From: Dicyema japonicum
Taxonomy: Eukaryota > Animalia > Dicyemida
Reading direction: 5' to 3'
Length of the DNA: 64,000 nucleotides
Assembly (NCBI GenBank): GCA_011109175.1
Contig: RDEW01000035.1
Span: 579,179 to 643,178, forward strand
Each line of letters opens with the position of its first letter. Position 1 is the stretch's first letter. Made by a program: the position numbers and the translations under genes. Positions 1-9,649 of this stretch are shown in pieces. The notes under the pieces are model-generated. The model did no database searches. It was not told where the DNA came from and saw only the letters and a list, made by a program, of their open reading frames with translations.

Positions 1-1588
1 TTTTCTGAAAAGTCAACAGCGCAAAACAATCGACTCCCCTCTAGTCCACAACCAAACATCTCACCAACGTTAAATTTGACGACCAAGGATGTGACCAAGC
101 AATCTTATCCGTTTGCTTCGAAGCAAACTTACCTGTTTTATTAATCAAGATGATTCCTTGACTCCTAACAGAATCCCAGAAATAAGGAGCAACTGTAAGT
201 CAGTTTAATCCAGGCTCTCAGCTTGGCTCGATGCTCCTCCCTCGATCCTACACAAGCTCGTTGGGGACGAATTTCTCATGATCACGTTGGATCAAGTCTT
301 TTCCGTTATTCCTTCGATTAAGATCTCCAAAGGTGTCAGCATCATGTTCTTTTCGTTTCTATCACTCCAAAAGCCCCACGATTTTCTGTGCATTAGTCCA
401 AGAGATGTAAGGTCCCGTGAAGCACATGTATAGGAAATGCACGGTTCAATGTTTAGTTCGGGGTGGTTTACGATTTTCCATAGCTCCCGTTAGGTTATTT
501 AACATGCAGCAATAAACAGATCACAGCCCACTCCCAGAATTTCAGCCATTTCTTAAATGGCAATGTTCTCTCACTCACTTCAAATTCAATTCACTTGCTT
601 GACATTTTATTTTCCGAAGTTAATAGGGATGTGACCAATTTCTTAAGGCTGATTGTCAGTCGGTTTTCGTTCAACCACACAGACAAAAATTCCGGCATTA
701 AGTTAGATTCTTCCTGGGAATGGAGTCGAAGGCTTTACACACATCTACTAGAACGGTCTTCTGATAACTGGTTTTGTTGAAGAAGCCAGAGTGAATGAAG
801 TTGCTCAAGGAGATTAGATGACTAGTGGTTGATCAGTTTTTTTAATTCATACTCGAACTGTCTGTCAGGAATAAAGTCCATGATTTTCAAAAAAACACGC
901 TTCTCCAAATTTGGGACATTGAGCATAGAAAATAACTGTTTTGAATCAAGTCGGGTCTTTTTTTAGTTTTTCAGTCTTCAATATAAGCCGGATGTTCGTC
1001 AGTTTCTACAACGGTGGAATCGAATTGTGATTTATGAACAAATTATAGACTTTAGTCAGTGTAGAATTCTCTTGTTACCAAGATTTTTCAGAAGTATGAT
1101 AGAAATCCCATCGGGCCCCATTTGAATGTGTTAAAAAGTCTGAGTCAGGATTTCTCTTACTTCTTTTTCAGAAAAGTAGGATGACAATGGACCCCTTTTC
1201 GGTTTTCTTAATAAGTGGAAGTGCGTCCGACCTTTCTATAGTCCGTGCGAGTTGCCAAGACATTTAGGTTTTTGGTTGTTGTTGTCTTGGGATGGCCTTT
1301 CATCTGCCTTCGAAATTTTATGAATTATTTTCTCGACTGTCGACTGATTTCGGTTTAGGAATTTTGAAATAAGTTCATAATTTTCCAATTCCGTTTACGT
1401 TCGTTGAGTAACAGAGATCATATCCTTATGTTTGCGTCGGTGAAACAGGTGTCCGAGAAGCAGAAATTCTTAACCGAGGTAGAAATGTTCTCCAGATGGA
1501 AGAGAAATAATGTTTTTTTTTCGCGATGCATTAAGTTCACCCTGAGCGCCTCAAGAACTTTCAAAACTGGTAGACCACATGACGCCAC
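1..1588 (-). mobile_element. Degenerate, internally deleted I/Jockey-group non-LTR retrotransposon (probably runs off the window edge)
   Basis: Minus-strand RT remnant GPDGISIILLKNLG (~1080-1120) and family C-terminal motif VGSREEHRAKLR (~210-255); many stops and frameshifts. Confidence 0.65.
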
Positions 1589-1603
1589 GTAACAATTTAA
1601 TTA

Positions 1604-2476
1604 ATTTATTTATTTTAATAATTCCGGGAACACCTAAACAGAAAGACAAAAGAGTCAAACAGTTAAGTGATCCCAGTCCCCGCAATCAATTGTGCCATTC
1701 GACGTCTGTGATCTTCCATTGTTCTTTCCAGAAAAGCCTTCTCTCGGTCTTGCAGAGGAATCCGATCGGGGAGGGGAATTTCCTATCCAATCGGTTTTCT
1801 CTTGCCATGGAAATGATCAGGCGAAACGGGTTTCCATCTTCCTCACAGACGCGAAGAAATCCGGAACCACGACTACGGGTCTTAGCTTCCATGAGTAGTG
1901 GGTTGACTGTTGATCCATTACGTGGGCAAAGCACACTTATGGTTTTCTGGTGTATTGAGTTGACTCTGTGGACCATAGTCTCCGATAGGCATACTCAACG
2001 GCTGGCGCGATTGTTTGCTGGCAGAGGGTAGAAACAGAATAGTCCATATTCCTCGAAGTCTCCGGACAAGGCCGCGTAAAACGTTAATTTTCTGGAGGCC
2101 CCCGGTGATCATGTCTTTTGCGTGGGAGTTAAAATTGAGTAGACTGTCGTACTTGACTCCAAGGACAGTGGGGACCTTGTCACTGGAATCCGAGTGGATC
2201 AATAAAGATACTCGGTTCATCCTTAGAACGACGGTCCGAAGTGAAAATGGTACAAATAGACTTGGCTGCAGAAATCGTAGGTCGATTGCCAACAATCAAT
2301 CGTGGAGAATGTTCAATTTTGCCTGAGTCTTAAAGGATGCGACTTGCGACGAACGGTTCCGTATTGCAATGACTACATCGTCTGCGTAGGATAATAGCAG
2401 GGAATCTTCGTCTCCATCATTAGGTAGGTCGTGTAGGAATAAGTTGAATAGAATTGGTAAAAGTGGAGACCCCTGG
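1604..2476 (-). mobile_element. 5'-truncated I/Jockey-group LINE (RT core to 3' tail)
   Basis: Minus-strand QGSPLLPILFNLFLHDLP...SYADD (~2370-2475), thumb motif LGVKYDSLLNFNSH (ORF 1918..2295) and C-terminus EDHRRRMAQLIAGTGIT*. AT-rich tail; 15-bp direct repeat GTAACAATTTAATTA at 1589-1603 and 2477-2491. Confidence 0.85.
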
Positions 2477-2496
2477 GTAACAATTTAATTATTATT

Positions 2497-2826
2497 ATTT
2501 TTTAACACCGTCTTAACCAATAACTAATATTCAGGTGATCCCGGCATCTCTCAATAATCGGCCCATTTTTTCTCGATGCTCCGACCGTGATCCCACGCAT
2601 TTTCTATACGGACGAGGGTCTTTTTCTTTTCCTCTTCTGAAATTGCTTCCAGTTGCCTCTATGATAGACTCGATTGCTCTGTGGGCAATTTCTTTATCTG
2701 TATATTTTTCCAGTAATTTTTTTGCTCTTGACTGGATCTCTTGAATTTTTGTTAGGTTCGTTGCCGACAGGTCCCCATGCAGCACATGCATAGCCTATTG
2801 TTGGCTTAGATCCCCATGCAGCACAT
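2497..2826 (-). mobile_element. Short 3' fragment of the same LINE family
   Basis: ORF 2531..2791 ends CVGSRSEHREKMGRLLRDAGIT*; flanked by AATTTAATTATTATT at 2482-2496 and 2827-2841. Confidence 0.8.
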
Positions 2827-2953
2827 AATTTAATTATTATTTACTCAATTATTAGTTAACTGTATTTACTTAAATAAAATTAAAAATAAATAATAAAATA
2901 ATAAATAAATTAGTTCGCTAAATTCGCATTTCACGAAAATGAGTTATTTGAAA

Positions 2954-4662
2954 ATGAATTCAGAAAACTTCAAATTCGTCAACAAAGTTCAATCCAAAGG
3001 CCCGTATTCACAAATTGAAGCCTTCGAAGGCTTCCTCCATTTATGGATTCACTCTTTTTAAACAAGATTCGACTTCCCAAAATAAGGTAGTAAACCTGAT
3101 TGAGAACTGTCCTGCAAGTATGTCGGGAATGATGGAGAATGACATTCTCATTATGGTAAACGACATCAATGTTGAACAAATGGATCATTCCGATATTGTT
3201 GATCTCATTAAAAACTCATCCCCTGAGTTGACTCTTTTGGTGGTTGACGAAAACTCCTATCAATATTTTACCAGTAAGGGAATACGTATTTCAAACGAAA
3301 TCGACGAAATTGAGAGTTTCTCTAACCTTAACAGTTAATTTTGGATAATTTCAGGTTCACTCGATGATTATTCTGAAAAATACCAAGACGAGGTCAAAGG
3401 TTTATCCATTTGAGGATTATAGAATCATCCAATGAGGGCTCTCAGGTAAAGAAGGAAATAGGTTTGCTTATTGAAGAATTCAATTCAGTCAAGGAGGATT
3501 CCAAGGAAATAAATGACAAAGGTTCGCTCATTTGAGGATTTCAATTCAGTCAAGGAGGATTCCAAAGAAATAAATGACAAAGGTTCCCTTATTTGAGGAT
3601 TTCAATTCAGTCAAGGAGGATTCCAATGAAATAAATGACAAAGGTTCGCTTAGGATTTTAGGATCATCCAAAGAGGGCTCTCATGTAAAGAAGGAAAAAG
3701 GTTCCCTTATTTGAGGATTTCAATTCAGTCAAGGAAAATTCCAAGGAAATAAATGACAAAGGTTTGCTTATTTGAGGATTTTAGGATCATCCATGAAGGG
3801 CTCTTATGTAAAGGAAAAAGGTTCGTATATTTGAGGATTTTAGGATCATCCAAGAAGGGCTCTTGTGTAAAGAAGGAAAAAGGTTCGTTTATTTGAGGAT
3901 TTCAATTCAGTCAAGGAGGATTCCAAGGAAATAAATGACAAAGGTTCGCTTATTTGAGGATTTCAGGAACATCCAAGAAGTGTCTCTTATGTAAATGACA
4001 AAGGTTCCTTTATTTGAGGATTTTAGGATCATCCAAGAAGGGCTCTTGTGTAAAGAAGGAAAAAGGTTCGTTTATTTGAGGATTTCAATTCAGTCAAGGA
4101 GGATTCCAAGGAAATAAATGACAAAGGTTTGCTTATTTGAGGATTTCAGGAACATCCATGAAGGGCTCTTATGTAAAGGAAAAAGGTTCGCTTATTTGAG
4201 GATTTTAGGATCATCCATGAAGGGCTCTTATGTAAAGGAAAAAGGTTCGTTTATTTGAGGATTTTAGGATCATCCAAGAAGGGCTCTTGTGTAAAGAAGG
4301 AAAAAGGTTCGCTTATTTGAGGATTTCAATTCAGTCAAGGAGGATTCCAAGGAAATAAATGACAAAGGTTTGCTTATTTGAGGATTTCAGGAACATTCAA
4401 AAAGTATTCTGGGATAAGAAAGGACAAAAGTTGGCTTATTTAAAGATTTAAGAATCGTCCATTGAGGATTCTGAGATAGACATGTCCAAGGGTTCGATTA
4501 TTAGTAATTTCCAGGAACTTTGAGGACGGATTCTGTGATTAGAAAGGACAAGGGTTTGTTTATTAGAGGATTCAGGGTCACCCACTAAGATTACAAAGGA
4601 GGTCAACTTCGTAGATTTAACGACAAAGACAGGTACTGCTGAGTAATATCTTAGACATATAA
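2954..4662 (+). CDS. NHERF/EBP50-like single-PDZ protein with a long micro-exon-encoded K/E/S/D-rich repeat tail
   Basis: ATG 2954, 22-nt intron 2978-2999. PDZ domain ARIHKLKP...YGFTLF...CPASMSGMMENDILIMVNDINVEQMDHSDIVDLIKNSSPELTLLVVD resembles NHERF PDZs. The frame continues through 21 micro-exons (3355-4632) to D-I-stop at 4660-4662; a possible alternative last exon is 4758-4819. Confidence 0.85.
3334..4654 (+). repeat. Tandem array of intron+exon units (59-62 bp period) inside the PDZ gene
   Basis: Recurrent intron consensus GTT(C/T)(G/C)(C/T)TTATTTGAGGATTT(TAG/CAG/CAATTCAG) alternating with 33, 36 and 39 nt exons. Confidence 0.95.
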
Positions 4663-4959
4663 AATGACAAATCTCTACAGGACATTGTTAAACAAAATAT
4701 TCCCGATGATATTGTCGCATACAAGAATAGTTTGATTTTGAGAGGCAATTGTCTCAGATATCGAAGATCAGAAAGTCTACGCGAACATGTGTTCAAATTG
4801 TCCCGAATCTAGTCCTTAACCTTAACTATTCTTTTACCTGTTTGGTTAAAATATGCCATTAATATGATTTCATTAAATTTCACATTTTTTGGATTCCACT
4901 AAAATGCCTTAGGACTTTTCATTTTTAATCCTTTTTTCAAGTCTTTGAAGTTCCCCTGG

Positions 4960-5860
4960 AAGGGAAGCAGTCAAAACTAATGTGGACTTTTAGGACATCT
5001 TTCGAAATCCTCTTAACATAAGAAGGATGGGATTATGGTCGTTGGAAAACCATAATTCACATCCATGTAGCAAGTCATGCCAAAGAGGATGAACATAAGG
5101 TTAAATCGGTAGAAGTGCAACTATCAGTGTTCCTCAATGGGGTTCTTGTGTAATTTAGGGTCATAAAGGATAATCATATAAGTAAGACCATTTGCGATGA
5201 ACTCACCTCGTTTGTCAGAGGACTGTGAAGCAAGCCAAACGGGGTGTCGGCCATTTAGGTCGCCGCATATTGGAACGTTTTTTAGTACTTAGAGGCAGGG
5301 TATATTTGGGGTGTAGGATTTTGGGTAGGATCTTTTTGGCAGAATATGTAGGTTAATCAAATTAATCCAAAAAGACGGGAATAGATATATTTTGATGGTA
5401 ATCTGCTCTATGGTATTATCTGAGCACAAAAGTTCAGAGGTCCATCGACTATAGTCAATGAAGGGTATACCATTCTTTATGATGGTGAGTAGTCCTCAAC
5501 CTGGTCTTCAATGGCGGTCCATGCGCATCCTGTGTACCCTGGCAAAGAAAATGTTGGCGTGGAGGCTGAGAGCTTGGATTTCTGAATGAGAGCATGGTCA
5601 GTTCGATTTGCGGAGAGGAGAGCTCGGAGTTCCAGAATCTTTCTTTTAATTCCATTTGTATTTAGTTTTAGAATAAAGTCTCCCTGTTTATCAGGGTTTT
5701 TTAAATGTCGCCACATAATATGATCAATAGTCCAGAACAATGATACAACAGATGCAGTCGGAGGCAAAGGTAACCCCTAAATGGAGGATAGAAGCTTTTT
5801 TCGTTCCTTTCCGGAATGGGTGACACCTTTTTAGGTGACCCACAAGACACCACCATGTTG
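4960..5860 (-). mobile_element. Decayed I/Jockey LINE, apurinic endonuclease region
   Basis: LKLNTNGIKRKILELRALLS...DHALIQKSKL (ORFs 5477..5767, 5455..5655) and ICGDLNGRHPVW near 5250-5280; paralogous to 6770-7400. Confidence 0.8.
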
Positions 5861-5903
5861 AGCACATTTAAGTCGAGTTAATTAATGTTTAATTAAAACG
5901 CAT

Positions 5904-6474
5904 GCGGGAAAACAGTCGATGCGAAAGGATTGCACCTGCTGTCCTGTAGAAGAAGCGCCGGAAGGGGACCACGTCATGCTGCTCTGAATGATGTGATCGT
6001 CAGAGCTCTTAAGGCTCCAGGCTTACCAGCACAGTTTGAACCAGTGGGTCTTGATCGAGGAGACGGGAAGAGACCTGACGGGATGACCCCTTCACGTCTG
6101 GAAGATCTTTGGTCTGGGACGCAACTTGCATAGACACGTTCTCAAGCACGAACATTTTTAAATCGGTTCAGACTCCTGGAGCAGCTGCTTCGACTGCGGA
6201 AAACCTAAAAATCAAGAAATATTCTTGCCTCGGGGATCGCTACCGATTTACTCCTGTTGCGACCGAATCATCGGGAGCCGTTGGTCCAATGACGGCTGAA
6301 TTCTTGCAAGAACTCGGAGGATTGCTTGCCAGAAAGAAAAGGATCAACGAGAAGGGTTATGGCTAAGACAAAAGATAGGAATAGCCATACTCCGAGGGAA
6401 CTCGTTCGCAATCCACGCAGCAGGCTTCCTCAACTGACATTTGTTTAATTGTTAAAAAAAATTAAAAAAAAAAA
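5904..6474 (+). mobile_element. 3' fragment of a CRE/RLE-type non-LTR retrotransposon
   Basis: [13 protein letters not shown]...[16 protein letters not shown]...WDATCIDTF...AENLKIKKY...FTPVATESSGAVG is the restriction-like endonuclease region. Poly(A)-rich tail; 13-bp TSD AATTAAAACGCAT at 5891-5903 and 6475-6487. Confidence 0.9.
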
Positions 6475-6499
6475 AATTAAAACGCATCAAATAAATAAA

Positions 6500-6735
6500 A
6501 TAATAAAAAAGCATCACAGTCATCCAAATCGACATTGTAAGAATCCCTTTAGTGGATTAGTGAGGAGAGATCCTCTATGGATGCCGGCCAACCACTGGGT
6601 GTCTTCTGAAACAGGCGGGTCACATGACGCCTTTTAGTAGTCGACGAATACAGAGCAGAACTATATCCCTCGATAAAGTAGGTAACGGTGAGGGAATCGA
6701 ACCCACATTAATCGTGGGACGAGTCACCACTACCA
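6500..6735 (-). mobile_element. SINE-like element with tRNA-like head
   Basis: Minus strand TGGTAGTGGTGA (A-box-like), GGTTCGATTCC B-box (6692-6702), then the GGCGTCATGTGACCCGCCTG core motif shared with other repeats. Confidence 0.5.
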
Positions 6736-6769
6736 TTATTATTTAACCATAATAGCTATGGTTTTATCA

Positions 6770-7400
6770 GCCCGGCGTTGGAGACAGTCAAACTAAGTGG
6801 TTTCACTTATACGGTCGTGTGCAACCTCTCTCAAGTCGTCCAGAAGTTCTCCAGGATTTTGGGCAGGATCCTTGTGGTGGAATATATATATGTTTATCAA
6901 GTTGATCCAAATAGACGGGTACAGCTCCATTTTGATAGTGATTTGCTTCATGGTATCGTCTGAGTCCAAAAGTTCTGAGGTCTTTCGACTCACATCAATA
7001 AAAGGTATACAATTCTTTATAATTGTGAGATTTCCTCCACGTTCTCTTCCCTGACGGTCCTTACGGATCACTGTGTATCCCGGGAAAGAGGGTGTTGGCG
7101 TGGAGGATGAGAGCTTGGATTCCTTGATGAGAGCAAGGTCAGTTAGAGTTGTGGAGAGGAGAGCTTGAAGTTCCAGGATCTTCCTTTTAATTCCATTTGT
7201 ATTTAGTTGTAGAATTATTAAGTCTCCGCGTGGACAAGGGTTTTTCCATTGTCGCCACAACACAGACGGAGCTACATAGCTTACGGGTACCTCCAATAGG
7301 TGGGGAAAAGTTATTGGCTCTTTCGTTCCTTTCAGGAATGGGTGACATCTTCTCGGGTAAGCCACAAGAAATCTGATGATAAATATTTCTTGGTAAGATC
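6770..7400 (-). mobile_element. I/Jockey LINE endonuclease fragment
   Basis: ORF 6793..7422: LQLNTNGIKRK...DLALIKESKL...FPGYTVIRKDRQGRERGG...INIY. Confidence 0.85.
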
Positions 7401-7663
7401 TCTTGTCTCCAGTAAAGATCACGTCATTTTGAACCCCACCTGTTTTCCAATCATTTTTACTTCTATTTACCTAAAAGAGACCGAGTGACCTCTCATTTCT
7501 CCAAAGCTCCTTATTTCTTCATTTACACTCATGGATACTTAGTAGAGGTGGGTAGATGATTAATGAGAACTCAGATATTTCCTAAGAGAGCAACATGACC
7601 CCTATGTCATAAATTTAATTCTTGGCAGATTAAAATTATTAATAAATTATTATATTAATCTCC

Positions 7664-9384
7664 CTAAACAGAAAATTCATTGTTCTCCAGGTATTTCATG
7701 ACTTCCAAAGCCTTCGAATGATCTAATCCATTCTCAGTAAACCTAAACAGTAAACAAAGCGACAGTACGTGACATTCGTCTTCCCATTGACGACAAAGAG
7801 GGAATTTTCGTTAGTCATTACATTTTGGTTAACGGCTAATCCATCCAAATACTGTTTGAGAATATTTTTCAAATATAAATTTTCATTCATCAACTTCTTC
7901 TGTTTATCCTGCAGACACATTACGTCTAAGGCCACGTGGTTGTAACGTTTCCAAGCCATTTCCTGTCCTTCATTTTCTACCACTGACTTGCGCTTAGTAA
8001 TATTTATTTACTTTAAAAGGCGCCAGAACTTCAGAATATTGGTTATTCGAGGCATCCTCAACTTTATCAGATTCGACCGCGCATTCGTAAAAAGGAAGTA
8101 TTTTCTCCTCCTCGGTCTCCATTTTGCGACATTGCTCAGCCAATGATAGAAGTTTTTTCCCCTTTAAAATATATACGAGAAATTATCAAAAAATAAAATA
8201 ATATTTAAAAATATTAAAAAATTAAAAATTAAAAACTTAAAAAATAAAAAATTATTTACTTCACTTAATTTATTCTCTAAGGCTTTTAACGCAGAGTTGC
8301 TTTTAACGACGACCTTGTTCAAGCGGTCTTTCTCAACGAGTCTGAGTTTGTTCATATCAGACTTCATGGAATAAAATATTTTATTGGTTTTATCCTTCTC
8401 CTTCAAATGAGCGACTAAACAACCTGTTTTAGCTTGGAATTCGTCTCTTCGTATTCTCGCTGAGTTTTCGATAACTTGAGCTTCGCCGAGTTGATCGCTT
8501 CCTTAAAATTAGTTTTCCCTCGAACCGCCAAGTTTTGCAGTTTTTTCCGTTGTTGGGCAATTTCATCAGAATTATTGACGTCCTTAGCACTCAACTCTTC
8601 GAATAATTTTCGACGTTCTTCCGTCGCCTTGTTGTAGTTTTCGTAAGTCTGCCGAAACTCCTTCCATAGATTATCCCCGATAACGTCGAGCTGCGCTTTG
8701 AGGGAATGTTTGTCTTCCAAACTCTCGAATTCTCCAGAAATCGAAAAATACCTTATTGTTTATCTCGTCGATCTGATTCTGGTAGTTTAGCTCAACGTTG
8801 GCCTTTTTGGCCTCGTAATTCGTTTTCAGTGAGAAAAAAATATCCGCCAAGTCGCTGAGATCTTTTTGGTTCTTTTCTTCGATCTCCTTGCATTCCTTGT
8901 CGAACTGTGCCGTCAAATTGTTGCATTCTTCGTTGAACTTTAAATTTTCGTTGTACAGAACTTGTCGTTGGAAATCTTGGGAATAAGCATGAGGTCAACC
9001 AATCACACGATCGACGTTTTCCATGTGACTTGAGACGGAAGTCTCATACTGGGTTTTGGCCTCGTCGATGTTCTTCAGCAAATTAGAAACTGTTATGCTC
9101 TTCAGGTCAACAATTCTTTGAAATGTCTGAAATAGAATGAAGGCCTCGTCTCTTAGTTCGTCGACCTTTTCTCTTCTCATTTTGTAGCGATTGTGAAGAT
9201 CCACGAATTTTGTGTTTATGTTTAACGCTTTGTTTTCTTTCTGCATTTTTATCTTCAGATATTCGCATAACAGCAACTCCTTCTTTTTTGCTGCTTCCTT
9301 GTCTGCTATTTTTTGTCTTTCCATTTGCAGGATTCGTTCTTCTTCATTCATAAATTTTTTCATTCCTTTTTTTGCTGCTGGCAT
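7664..9384 (-). CDS. CCDC65: Dynein regulatory complex subunit 2 (coiled-coil domain-containing protein 65)
   Basis: Matches recalled CCDC65 along its length (ILFQTFQRIVDLK, SSHMENVD, AEQCRKMETEEEKILPFY, WKRYNHV, LKQYLDGLAV). Introns include 8976-8999, 8724-8751, 8502-8525, 8401-8423, 8162-8259 and 7987-8012; one 1-nt frameshift near 8085. Confidence 0.93.
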
Positions 9385-9649
9385 TTTCTAATAACAAAAT
9401 TCTGATAGTTTACTCGTTACTATGGAAATTGTTTAAAATATTAAATTATTACATTATTTTAAAAATAAATACAGTCACGTGCCCTTCAGTTACAATGTAT
9501 GTCACGTGGCACCAACGTTAGTGTTGTGCTATGTGGCTACAATGCCGTCCTATGGGAGCGACCAACATTTGCTGCGTCTTATTTTTTATAGCTGCAAGTT
9601 AGTGAGGCCGGGGTTACTTAACTAACTAAGCTACTTGAATTGAAGACTT

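Noticed and set aside
3334-4654. CRISPR-like repeat/spacer appearance of the array
   Set aside because: Eukaryotic context, no cas genes, and the 'spacers' are paralogous, frame-preserving exons while the 'repeats' are GT..AG introns.
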